64,000 bases of DNA from Ignavibacteriota bacterium (GCA_963787835.1 CAWBEI010000003.1:288001-352000), one strand, 5' to 3'. Numbered from the stretch's first letter, positions 21,249 to 30,595 are shown. The notes: generated by a model from the letters alone, not told the origin. Translations and numbers: made by a program.

Positions 21249-21900
21249 GCTGTTGATTCAGAAAATATTTCCCATTCCAGCCAGTGTTCAGCCGGACGAG
21301 GTATCCGATCTCAGGTGCATACCAGAAGAGGGTTCCATCCAGCCAATCCGTTCCTTCATATTGGCGAACATCGACGATCTGAAGTTTCGAGCATTGGTAA
21401 CTCTTTTCTCCGACGGAAACGGCATCCGAGCCAATGACCTGTGTCGTGCGCTGGTGCGGCATATTATAATCGCGACCATAAATATTTCCACTATCTGCCG
21501 GGAGTGTATCAACGATGATTTTTCCAACGGCCATCCCAAATGGGAGGCGGTTCCAGATGGTATCTTTACCAAGCACGCGCATAAAGATATCACCATTGGC
21601 GGCGTAAGAGATCAGCGTGGTATCCGGATGCGATTTCGCCACGATCACCACACAATTGGAACGTCTCAGCCATTGAACACCCGACTGGACAACGAAAAGG
21701 GTATCATCGTTCACCTCGGGATCCACGACCGATTTAGGAACGATCGCTCCCGAGGAGTCCGTCACATAATAGGTATTTACGATCATCGTGCCGACCGATG
21801 GCAGCACGATAGTGGTCTTGCTTTTATTATGAGACTTTTGCGCAAGCAAAATTCCCGGAGTGAGTAGCAGAAAAAACAGAACGATATAGCGATGAAACAT
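21181..21900 (-). CDS. Secreted hypothetical protein
   Basis: Signal peptide MFHRYIVLFFLLLTPGILLA; WYAPEIGYLVR beta-rich C-terminus. Confidence 0.75.
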   Translation of the reverse strand: MFHRYIVLFFLLLTPGILLAQKSHNKSKTTIVLPSVGTMIVNTYYVTDSSGAIVPKSVVDPEVNDDTLFVVQSGVQWLRRSNCVVIVAKSHPDTTLISYAANGDIFMRVLGKDTIWNRLPFGMAVGKIIVDTLPADSGNIYGRDYNMPHQRTTQVIGSDAVSVGEKSYQCSKLQIVDVRQYEGTDWLDGTLFWYAPEIGYLVRLNTGWNGKYFLNQQLKIWKPMVNDALPTSESPHRMK

Positions 21901-21939
21901 TTGATTTTACAGGTATAAGAAGAACGTGCAGAATGGACG

Positions 21940-23808
21940 TTAGTTCAGTTCTAAAGTTTCGTCAGGGGCTTTTGGCGAGGTGCTTCTCATCATCCAAACT
22001 TCAGTGGGATATGGGCCATGTGAAAACCGAGCAATCATAGAATCCTGCGCGGATAGAAGCGGGTCGCGACCCGCCGAACCATGAAAACGATCTATGTCTA
22101 ACTTCGACTGAAGCAAAATATACGAATTAGGTTCTCTCCGCATCCCATCCAGAATGCGGGGAAGCATAATGGAATCGGTAAGGTAAGTTCTTGGAAAATC
22201 GCTTCGGCCCAAAACGGCGAGCGCATCGAAGACAAACCCACCGGGAAACGTTGGCTGCTCGGCAAGCTTCGTTTCATCATCTTTCCCAGTGAGCGCTCCA
22301 TGACCGGCTATGCCATAAAGCGTGTAATCCGTGACGGCAAGAACCGAACCCTTCGGCAGATTTAGAGCACTCCATTGAACTGCATCGTTGGCATTTTGGC
22401 GAACATCACGAACTTCACGCAACAGGCGCTCTTCATGGACGATGCGCGGCCAAATTCCCACGAGGAGCATGCCAGCGATCACGATCAATGATAAAGATCC
22501 CATCCAACGAAATGCTTTCTTCATTCTGAATGGAAGGATCGCTTGCTGAATATCCTCCGCCCAAACGCACCATGCCCATGAAGACAAAATGGATGTGAGT
22601 AAAGCCGCTTCAGTAAGCTGAGTCTTTACTAATTGAATTGTGAACAGCAATGCGCCAATCGCAATGACCAGACATGCCGCAAAGGGCAATAATCGTCGAA
22701 CACGCTCCCGCTCCGGACCTGGTAGTGTAGCAAGCGTGACGACAATAAATGCTACAATGGGAACCGATATCAGAATATTTTGAAAAAGAAGTAAGCTGAG
22801 AACGATCGCAAGAATCGAAATCAACGGAACTTGCATTCCTTTCCGCACTTTTATTCGATGAAAAAGCATCGACCGTAAAAACGCATACACCAGTGGCGAA
22901 AAAAGCAGAATGCGAGCCGTAACGGAGAGATAGGTAGCACTGTAATACTCGATACGTTCACGAACAAAATAGCGAAGTTCCGGCGAATGTAATGGGAAAA
23001 ATCGATTGGCTTTTGTAGGCGAAACAAGTGCAACCCACGCAGTGATACCAAGCAAAATCGCATATCCTGCAATGGCAATGTATCTGTTCGATCGAGACGT
23101 TGCATCCCAAGCAACCCTGATATTTCCCAGCTCCAGAAGAAACGACCCGAATAACACCAGATGGACTAAGATAAAGGCTGGTTCTTTCGAAAGCACCGCC
23201 ATCGAACCAAGGCCCATTGCAAGCAACCAAAATCCTAACTTGGCTTCATAAAGACCGCGAAGCCCGAAATACCAGGCTGATGCTGTAAAAGCAATTTCAA
23301 GACCGAACGTTAGGTCGCTATACCAAAAGAAAATATTAAGTATCGGCAAAAAAGTCAGCCAATATAGCGCGATCGAAATTTCAAGTGCATACCATCGCTG
23401 AATGAGATAACGCGCTGTCAGACCCGTAAATGTGATACCAATAAGTAGCGTCAGATCGAGCGTCAGATGCCACCAGAACGGGTGTTCCCATCCCGCAAGA
23501 CGGGTAAGAAGAAACGCCGTAAGCGTAAAGACCGGACGAAAGCTGTTGATCATTTGCCCATTGATAGGATCGAGAATATCATGCGCAGAATGGGTTTTAG
23601 CCCACAGCATCAGCAGGACATCATCGAGGCGGAACGGCATTCGGTAGCGCGTAGTGAACAGCGCAAGAATGCCTACTCCCGCCAAAAGGAAGAATATATC
23701 GAATTTGCGTTTCAGGGGTGTTTTGTTTATGAATGCTTCGTTAGGAACACTGTGGTCGATATTTCGTTTAAGTTTTCTGCAAGTAGTTTGATGGCGCGCG
23801 AATTTCAT
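21940..23808 (-). CDS. Polytopic membrane protein, GT-C glycosyltransferase-like
   Basis: About 12 TM segments, acidic DD pair after TM1 (RLDD), LSKEPA motif; true start probably downstream of 23808. Confidence 0.6.
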   Translation of the reverse strand: MKFARHQTTCRKLKRNIDHSVPNEAFINKTPLKRKFDIFFLLAGVGILALFTTRYRMPFRLDDVLLMLWAKTHSAHDILDPINGQMINSFRPVFTLTAFLLTRLAGWEHPFWWHLTLDLTLLIGITFTGLTARYLIQRWYALEISIALYWLTFLPILNIFFWYSDLTFGLEIAFTASAWYFGLRGLYEAKLGFWLLAMGLGSMAVLSKEPAFILVHLVLFGSFLLELGNIRVAWDATSRSNRYIAIAGYAILLGITAWVALVSPTKANRFFPLHSPELRYFVRERIEYYSATYLSVTARILLFSPLVYAFLRSMLFHRIKVRKGMQVPLISILAIVLSLLLFQNILISVPIVAFIVVTLATLPGPERERVRRLLPFAACLVIAIGALLFTIQLVKTQLTEAALLTSILSSWAWCVWAEDIQQAILPFRMKKAFRWMGSLSLIVIAGMLLVGIWPRIVHEERLLREVRDVRQNANDAVQWSALNLPKGSVLAVTDYTLYGIAGHGALTGKDDETKLAEQPTFPGGFVFDALAVLGRSDFPRTYLTDSIMLPRILDGMRREPNSYILLQSKLDIDRFHGSAGRDPLLSAQDSMIARFSHGPYPTEVWMMRSTSPKAPDETLELN

Positions 23809-23839
23809 AATTCATACTTCATCATTCATACTTGCCCAT

Positions 23840-24338
23840 GGGGATGCATTGGCTTCGACGGGGAATACTCAGTCGATGTAAGCATGAGCGATCATGCTTG
23901 GTGCGCACCGAGTGGGGCCGCGAACGCTCGATCCTTAAAACTCCCTCTCCCTTTGGGAGAGGGTTGGGGTGAGGGGACTCAAACTCGCAGCAAAACATAA
24001 TTGCGAACACTTATAGCTACGCAATGGCTGCCTAAGCTCCTTTAGAGAAATCTGAAGTCGATGCTGCTATCTCGCCTAACAGCGGGAGGGTGCCCATCTC
24101 CGCAGGATCTTAGACCAGACGGTTCTGCAATGGAGGTGTCGCGGATGAGCGATCATCCATGTCAGGTCTCTTTCGGCAAGAACGCTTTTCGCTTGCTGGG
24201 AGTATTCAGGAAGAGCGGTGCTTTGGGATCGGTCGTTTCCTGCTATGGTCCTGGAACACGCTATTTAATCAGGAAACTATGTGCGTAGTGCCCATCGGTG
24301 GTGTTTTTCGGACAGGGGTTCGACTCCCCTCATCTCCA
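23840..24338 (+). ncRNA. ssrA: tmRNA (tag ANTYSYAMAA at 24003-24035)
   Basis: 5' GGGGATG...TTCGAC; 3' T-arm GGGGTTCGACTCCCC and CATCTCCA acceptor; ATAATT-GCG resume context; tag ends AA-stop. Confidence 0.95.
23941..23976. repeat. CCCTCTCCC-type palindromic element inside tmRNA
   Basis: CTCCCTCTCCCTTTGGGAGAGGGTTGGGGTGAGGGG. Confidence 0.75.
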
Positions 24339-24347
24339 CAGCGAATA

Positions 24348-24380
24348 CAGAACAGCCCAATACGGGCTGTTCTGCATTTT
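24348..24380 (+). terminator. Intrinsic terminator of ssrA (possibly bidirectional)
   Basis: CAGAACAGCCC-AATAC-GGGCTGTTCTG followed by CATTTT. Confidence 0.75.
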
Positions 24381-24418
24381 AAAGAAGTAGGTCAGGCCAT
24401 TTCGTCCATTGTCTTATC

Positions 24419-24640
24419 GAAATAGGTGCCATTTCTTTTTCTTGTGAGTTCCCGATGTCCCCTGCTCATCCCTCGTTTCCGAGCCAATTTCGCCATTTGT
24501 TGCAACAGGTATTCATAAAAGTCCCTTCACAGAGAACTCGTTCATAATGAAACCTATCGTTTCCATTTTCAATGAGCCACTGAGCACCTATTCTTAATTC
24601 TCCATTCTGAATTGAAAACTGATATAGGTGCTCATCAAAG
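24419..24640 (-). ncRNA. Candidate structured ncRNA/leader element, copy 2 (unknown family)
   Basis: Reverse-complement homolog of 19755-19956; perfect 11-bp TGAGCACCTAT/ATAGGTGCTCA stem. Confidence 0.5.
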
Positions 24641-24647
24641 CAACAGC

Positions 24648-24676
24648 AATATACGGACTTAATTTGGAGATGTCAA
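24648..24676 (-). promoter_or_regulatory. Sigma70-type promoter of element copy 2
   Basis: TTGACA-17 nt-TATATT on the minus strand. Confidence 0.7.
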
Positions 24677-24714
24677 GGATTTCCAAAATTTTCTCATGTT
24701 CACCATCCAAGTTC

Positions 24715-24790
24715 GTGTGTACACCCGGTTTCAACCCGGTGTGTGATTCTAAACGGGCGGAGAGCAACGGGTTAAAACCCGTTGTACACA
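24715..24790. repeat. GTAC-flanked REP-like doublet, copy 2
   Basis: GTGTGTACACCCGGTTTCAACCCGGTG...CAACGGGTTAAAACCCGTTGTACACA. Confidence 0.7.
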
Positions 24791-24896
24791 GGACAGGAGT
24801 CGGAACCACCTTTATCGGAAGAATCTTAGGGAGTAGTGTATTCCTTCATGCTAATCTCGTCTGTGAATTCGAATGGTTTTGAGATACTTGTAACTT

Positions 24897-25859
24897 ATGA
24901 TAAAAACATCGTCGTTCCTGATCGTGTGCGTCCTACTGATTGCTGGCCATCGTGCCAATGGACAGGAATTATTTTTAAAAGGCACTTTGAAAAAAGTAAA
25001 AGGTGAAAAGCCGCTCACAGTCGACAGTTTACCAACAGGTTGTCAGCTTCTCTATAATGAAGCTTTGTCTTACGATAATAATGAAGACTGGCAGATGGCA
25101 TACGACACTGCAAGGAAATTAGTCGAGCAATGTGCAAATACTAATTTCGGCCTCGGTCATGCAGCAGATGGTTTTACAGATATGCAACAGGCTGCTGACG
25201 GCCTTGGAAACTACGGCGCTGTTCGTTCAAATTTCTACGCGTGGTTAAAATCGGTGCTCTATCTAAACACGACAGATCTTGATTATTTCTGCTCTTGCGT
25301 GTACACAATGGCTGGCGAAGTACCGATCCCAAACCATATCTATCCCGATACCGGATACAATTGGAACCTTGCATTGATCAATTGGCTCATTAACAATACG
25401 AACTGCGATTCTGCAGGCCTTAGACAACTCTATAAAGGCTCCCGCACTACTCAATATCAAGACTGGTCAAATGCATCTGGTGAATACGCGCTTGACACTA
25501 TACTACCTCCGCTCGATTCGATTAACCCCGGCCTTAATGCATTGCTAAATAAGCATTTCCTTTATGCGAGTGTGAGTGAATCACAAGGGCCTGGAATTCT
25601 TTCCAATGCCACAGCTAACCCCAACCCTGTAAATGTAGGAACCGTAATTTCATTCGGCATCAGCAAAGAAGCTTATGTAAAGATCGAGCTGTTCGATGTG
25701 CTTGGCAAAGAGGCATCTTCTTATGGAGATGAATGCCTGTTCGAACCGGGAAATAAATCGGTTTCCTTCTCGCTTGCGGGGCTTCCTTCGGGCACATACT
25801 ATGCACGCATCATCACAGCGTATGGGGAAGTGCAAACGGTGAAATTGGTGAAGGAATGA
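24897..25859 (+). CDS. T9SS cargo protein (Cys-containing N-domain plus CTD)
   Basis: Signal peptide; C-terminal NPNP...FDVLGK...LPSGTYYARI...VKLVKE. Confidence 0.85.
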   Translation: MIKTSSFLIVCVLLIAGHRANGQELFLKGTLKKVKGEKPLTVDSLPTGCQLLYNEALSYDNNEDWQMAYDTARKLVEQCANTNFGLGHAADGFTDMQQAADGLGNYGAVRSNFYAWLKSVLYLNTTDLDYFCSCVYTMAGEVPIPNHIYPDTGYNWNLALINWLINNTNCDSAGLRQLYKGSRTTQYQDWSNASGEYALDTILPPLDSINPGLNALLNKHFLYASVSESQGPGILSNATANPNPVNVGTVISFGISKEAYVKIELFDVLGKEASSYGDECLFEPGNKSVSFSLAGLPSGTYYARIITAYGEVQTVKLVKE

Positions 25860-25917
25860 CCACGATCTACAGGTTTAACATGATCTAAGCAGGTTTTTGG
25901 GAGAATGCATTCCACTC

Positions 25918-25955
25918 CAAAGCCCCGGCTCATTGCCGGGGCTTTGTTTGTTTTA
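25918..25955 (+). terminator. Intrinsic terminator
   Basis: CAAAGCCCCGGC-TCATT-GCCGGGGCTTTG followed by TTTGTTTT. Confidence 0.8.
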
Positions 25956-26019
25956 GGGACATCGAATATTTCCCAAATCAAGCGCCAGGGCCTTCACGGC
26001 CTTATTTTTGTGGTCTTGC

Positions 26020-27798
26020 ATGAATAATTGGTCCATAAAAAGAGTCCTTCGATTCCTTTTACCATTCCTTGGCCTGATAGCCGGCCCGATGGCAGGTTTC
26101 GCGCAGGATTCGGCGAACGTCTCTGCCACAGGCTCGAACCTGTTCCGTTATGGCACCGGAACAACGACCAACGGTTTTGGAAGTCCGATCGACAAACAGT
26201 ATCTGGAAGAAATAGCCGACGCCCATATCTTCTATCAGAACTTTCAGCTTGGGTTACGCTGCGAGTTAGACGACCCCAGCGAGGTAGGCCGTTCGTATCC
26301 TGCCACGCTTGGCGAGACACAGCAGCCGGAGTTCCGCCGCCGATGGCTTGCCTGGAAGAACGAAGATGTTGATCTTCAGGTCGGAGATGTTAGTGCGCTG
26401 TTCGGGCGAGGGCTTGCAATTAATCTTTTTGAGTCCCGTCCGCTTAATTATGATTCATGGCTCGATGGCGTCTTCGGTAAAGGGGAATATGAGATTCCCA
26501 AAACCATTCTCGATCTCGATGCCTCCATCAAAGTTCAGGCGGTCGGAGGCGAAGAAACTTTTTTTCCGGTGGATACGACCCAGCTCCCTATGAATATAAC
26601 CGCTCGATCGGCTAATGCCGAGTTCGGGTTTTTAAAACGGAAGTTCGTGCTGGGCGCAACGTTCGTTCAGGCTTCGACAAGTACGAGCCAGCCGGAAGCA
26701 GCGAACTCGGTCGCTACCACAGCCCGTAAGGTTGACGAGCCGGATCTCTATGCCGACCTGAATACCGGGGAGTTCGAAGCCTTCGCAGAGTGGACGGAAA
26801 ACCGCACCAATGTGAACGAACTTCTTGGCGCGCCGATCGATACAAACCATACAGGTTATGCAACGTATGGCTCACTCAGTTATTCAAATTCCTTCCTCGG
26901 GCTTACCTTCGATTACAAAAATTATAGTTATTTTCTTCACGATCCGGGAGATCTCTACACGAACGTCTTCAGTAAACTTCCAATAGCAAGTCCGCCGGAA
27001 GTATATAAGGATTTTACGTTCACCTCGATCACTCGAACGACCCATGCCGTGAACTTCGATGACGAGCTTGGTTACCAGCTCGAAGCTAATATCACTGCGA
27101 TACCACAATGGTTTATCGACCTTGACGCTGCGGCCTCGAGTTCGCACGACAAATATAATTCGTCTGGTGTAGCCATCGAAAACACCAGTGTTCTTCCAAT
27201 ACTCTCCGATCAGGGATTCTATCCTTTTTGGGAAGCATACGCAGAAGCCGAGTGGGATTTCGATAAAGCGAATGATCTAAATTTTGTGAAGATCGCGATC
27301 CACCACCGGAACGATCTCATCGCCTATAGTGCATCGAGTGCCTCCGCAACCGACGACCGCTGGACAACAACCATCGCCGGAAAAGTGCAATACGAAACCG
27401 CCTCGAACCAAAGTTTTCTCGGCATCCTCGAACACCAATGGGAATATGATGGCTCACTTCAGACATCGGACAAGCAAAGAATAAACGAGCTGCTGACGCT
27501 GCAATACTCCTTCGACCCCACGATCTCATTCGGTGCGATATTTGACTATGCTCTATACTGTGACAATGGACCACTCGCCATTGATGAATCCACGTTCGGC
27601 GGATGGAACCTGCATCTTTGGGGAAACGCCGTTCTCGATCATTTGCCAGAATTTTTTGCTTCCCTTCGGATCGGGCAATCTCATGCATTACAAGTATCCT
27701 ACGGCGCAGAGCGCGGCGGACTCATTTGCACCGGCGGCATTTGCCGGGTGCTCCCGCCGTTCGATGGGTTCCGATTTACTCTGACAAGTCAGTTCTAA
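26020..27798 (+). CDS. DUF6029-like outer-membrane protein
   Basis: Signal peptide, FGRGL motif, C-terminal RGGLICTGGICRVLPPFDG...SQF. Confidence 0.7.
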   Translation: MNNWSIKRVLRFLLPFLGLIAGPMAGFAQDSANVSATGSNLFRYGTGTTTNGFGSPIDKQYLEEIADAHIFYQNFQLGLRCELDDPSEVGRSYPATLGETQQPEFRRRWLAWKNEDVDLQVGDVSALFGRGLAINLFESRPLNYDSWLDGVFGKGEYEIPKTILDLDASIKVQAVGGEETFFPVDTTQLPMNITARSANAEFGFLKRKFVLGATFVQASTSTSQPEAANSVATTARKVDEPDLYADLNTGEFEAFAEWTENRTNVNELLGAPIDTNHTGYATYGSLSYSNSFLGLTFDYKNYSYFLHDPGDLYTNVFSKLPIASPPEVYKDFTFTSITRTTHAVNFDDELGYQLEANITAIPQWFIDLDAAASSSHDKYNSSGVAIENTSVLPILSDQGFYPFWEAYAEAEWDFDKANDLNFVKIAIHHRNDLIAYSASSASATDDRWTTTIAGKVQYETASNQSFLGILEHQWEYDGSLQTSDKQRINELLTLQYSFDPTISFGAIFDYALYCDNGPLAIDESTFGGWNLHLWGNAVLDHLPEFFASLRIGQSHALQVSYGAERGGLICTGGICRVLPPFDGFRFTLTSQF

Positions 27799-27960
27799 GA
27801 CTTGTCAGTTCTAAAAATATAGAGCAATTTTGGTGCCCAACATGTCAATATGTTGAAGATAATGTTGATTGTAATGGCTTCGTAATGGTTAGGAAACACA
27901 CCCGGCCTGTTTTCAAAGGTTTCCAATATGAGGGGAAGCCAATATTACCGTCGTATTTTT

Positions 27961-28884
27961 GTGAAAGTGCTTATCTCTGATTTTCTCCGCCAGCTCGAAA
28001 CAGTCGTGCCGCTAAGTGCGGTTGGCTATGCTCGGGATTCTGTCGGGTTGCAAGTTGGCGACGAATCCGCCGAGCTTAGCGCTGCTTTGTTCGCGTATGA
28101 GGTCACGCCGGAGATCATCGCCGAGGCACGCAAGCGTAGCGCAAATCTGATCGTTTCATTTCATCCTCTCATTTTTCCGAACCTTTCTGCCGTTACGGAT
28201 AAGACACGCGCCGGACATCTGGTACAGCAGTTGATTAAGCATGATATTGCACTTTACATCCAGCACACCGCGTTCGACGCACAACCAAAGTTTGGAACGA
28301 GCATCCTCATGGCCGAAGCATTAGGACTCCAAAATATTACAACACTCACCAAAGCCGATACTACAATTCAGCCTGCATTTGAGGGCTTGAACTTTGGCAT
28401 GGGAGCGATCGGAGCGTGGCCCAAAGGAAAAAAGCGGAGCGAAGTTCTGAGCATCGTGGCTGAAACGTTTATGTCATCGTGCGTAAGACATAATGCAGCG
28501 GGCCCATCGAGCATTCGTACCCTCGCAATGCTTGGCGGTGCTGGAATGGATTATTACGACACCGCTCGTGCCATGGGGGCCCAAGCATTCATAACCTCAG
28601 ATGTTCGTTATCATGACTTCCATCGCGCCGATCATGATAAGAATCTTTTGATCGATGCCGGACACGCAGAGACCGAAAGTTTTGTTACTATCGGGATGGT
28701 CAATGCAGCACGGAAATCTCTGGATCCGAACGGATCCCTGTCGAAAGCCGTAAATATGTATGGCCATGATGCAAAACGGCTCTTATTACTCGCGCATTCG
28801 GAGCCAAATGCCGTGCAATATTATTGCCATGGAAACAACCGGAATATGAGCCGCAGCAAACGTGCCCCTCATAAACCCTCCTGA
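27961..28884 (+). CDS. Nif3-like dinuclear metal center protein (YbgI family)
   Basis: DSVGLQVG, FHPLIF, HTAFD, DAGHAETE; GTG start. Confidence 0.88.
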   Translation: MKVLISDFLRQLETVVPLSAVGYARDSVGLQVGDESAELSAALFAYEVTPEIIAEARKRSANLIVSFHPLIFPNLSAVTDKTRAGHLVQQLIKHDIALYIQHTAFDAQPKFGTSILMAEALGLQNITTLTKADTTIQPAFEGLNFGMGAIGAWPKGKKRSEVLSIVAETFMSSCVRHNAAGPSSIRTLAMLGGAGMDYYDTARAMGAQAFITSDVRYHDFHRADHDKNLLIDAGHAETESFVTIGMVNAARKSLDPNGSLSKAVNMYGHDAKRLLLLAHSEPNAVQYYCHGNNRNMSRSKRAPHKPS

Positions 28885-28924
28885 ACATCATTGGCGGCAA
28901 ATACAATTTAATACTATATACCAC

Positions 28925-29701
28925 GTGAACGACTCACTCATACATCTTTACGAGCTCCAAAAAGTAGATCGCCATCTCGATGAATTGATCGAAAGCCGAG
29001 GCGAATTGCCTGATCGGGTCAATGATATGCGCCGCCAGGTCGAAGAGCAACGCCATCAGGTCGATCAGGTTCGGCGGGACCGGCACGAGATCGAAACTCG
29101 GTCTAAGGAACTTTCCAGCGAAAGCGTTGACCTTCGCGAGAAGGTCGATCGCTACAAGGCCCAGCAATTCGAGGTCAAAACGACCCGCGAATACGACGCC
29201 ATCACCTTTCAGCTTGAAGACGCCCAACGCAGGCTTCATACCAACACCGAAGCCGTTGGCAGAATGGGCATCGAACTCGAACAACTGAAGATGGATGACG
29301 AGCAGATGACGGTGGATCTCGCAGAAATGGAACGCGACCTGGAAGAAGCCGAAGAAGCCCTCAAAGAAGTGCTTGCCGGAACCGAGGAAGAAGAAAAGGA
29401 ACTTCTTGCACGTCGCGAACAGCTTGTCAAGCAGGTGCAGCCGTTCTATCTGACCATCTACAATCGCGTACGTCCTGCGAAGGAAGGAATTGCCGTCGTA
29501 GCGATCAAGAATGGCGTATGTGGCGGCTGTTTTAATGCAGTTCCCCGCCAGCTTGCCTTGGAACTTCGCAAAGGCGAGAAACACGCCGTCTGTGAATATT
29601 GCGGTCGTATCATTGTAGGTGAACCGATCGCGATTGCGGTCGATGGCGAACCGCAACCCGTGACGTATGAAGTTGAAACGGACGAAGAATCGGATGATTA
29701 A
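28925..29701 (+). CDS. Coiled-coil C4-type zinc-ribbon protein (DUF164)
   Basis: LYELQKVD, long coiled coil, CGGC...CEYCGRI; familiar Nif3-DUF164-rnpB order. Confidence 0.88.
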   Translation: MNDSLIHLYELQKVDRHLDELIESRGELPDRVNDMRRQVEEQRHQVDQVRRDRHEIETRSKELSSESVDLREKVDRYKAQQFEVKTTREYDAITFQLEDAQRRLHTNTEAVGRMGIELEQLKMDDEQMTVDLAEMERDLEEAEEALKEVLAGTEEEEKELLARREQLVKQVQPFYLTIYNRVRPAKEGIAVVAIKNGVCGGCFNAVPRQLALELRKGEKHAVCEYCGRIIVGEPIAIAVDGEPQPVTYEVETDEESDD

Positions 29702-29715
29702 CCACAAACAATTTT

Positions 29716-30159
29716 AGAGTTTCTGCCATCGGGCAACCGCTTTTGAAAATTTTTTCAGAAGAGGAAAGTCCGAACTCCGCAGGGCAGCGTGCCGGCCGAG
29801 ACCAATGCGCGATCAGCAATGATCGATCATCGACTCAAGTTCGGGGAACAGCCAATAAGGATAACACCGAAAAACTGTTCACAGCGCAGTGTCACAGAAA
29901 ACAAACCGCCTGTCCCTATCAGAAATGATGTGTGCAGGTAAGGGCGAAACGGCGGTGTAAGAGACCACCGCTCGATGAGCAATCATCGGGGTCACGATAA
30001 ACCTCGCGCGGAGCAAGACCATGTATGGAACATCGCCGTGAGCGATCACGACACCTGCTGCCCACAGGAATGGTTCCGGGTAGGTCGCATCAGAGGAATG
30101 GTTGCCTCCTTATCATTTGATAAGAAGACAGAATTCGGCTTATAGATGGCAGAGACTCT
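29716..30159 (+). ncRNA. rnpB: RNase P RNA
   Basis: GAGGAAAGTCC, ACAGAAA, GAGCAAG, ACAGAATTCGGCTTAT; terminal P1 AGAGTTTCTGCCATC/GATGGCAGAGACTCT. Confidence 0.96.
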
Positions 30160-30176
30160 TTTTTCGTTATTTCAAC

Positions 30177-30234
30177 TGTCATTGCGAGAAGAGAATCAAG
30201 CGGCGATAGCCAATTGATTCTCGACGCAATAACA
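30177..30234. repeat. Truncated GTCATTGCGAG palindromic element
   Basis: TGTCATTGCGAG...CGCAATAACA; related to 58178, 62003 and 63671 copies. Confidence 0.55.
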
Positions 30235-30247
30235 ATACTCCGAATTC

Positions 30248-30568
30248 ATGTCTCGCTTAGAAAAACTTCAGGATCTCCTTGCGCTCGACCCCACCGATAG
30301 CTTCACGCGATATGCTATTGGGTTGGAATTTGCTAAGGCAGAAAAATATGAGGATGCCATCCACACCCTTGAAGAACTGCGCGAGCGAGATCCCGCGTAT
30401 GTTCCCACCTACTACATGCTCGCCGGATATTATCATAAGACCGGCGATAATGATAGTGCAACCCTGATCTATCGGGAAGGCATTGTAACCGCAAGAAACG
30501 CTAACGACCGCCATGCGATGGGCGAACTTCAAGCCGCGCTGGCCGGATTAGATGACGAACAGGATTAG
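30248..30568 (+). CDS. Small TPR protein
   Basis: DPTDSFTRYAIGLE, DPAYVPTYY. Confidence 0.85.
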   Translation: MSRLEKLQDLLALDPTDSFTRYAIGLEFAKAEKYEDAIHTLEELRERDPAYVPTYYMLAGYYHKTGDNDSATLIYREGIVTARNANDRHAMGELQAALAGLDDEQD

Positions 30569-30595
30569 AGACGAACACCGTTTCGACGACGAATT

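Noticed and set aside
23822-24425. ORFs overlapping the tmRNA, and ORFs 29610-29928 overlapping rnpB
   Set aside because: Explained by the structural RNA genes.
24339-26000. Possible genomic island integrated at the tmRNA 3' end
   Set aside because: No integrase and no duplicated ssrA 3' end seen in the window.
27782-27815. Small hairpin and duplicated GTCAGTTCTAA at the end of the DUF6029-like gene
   Set aside because: An 11-nt local duplication with no cargo or further copies.
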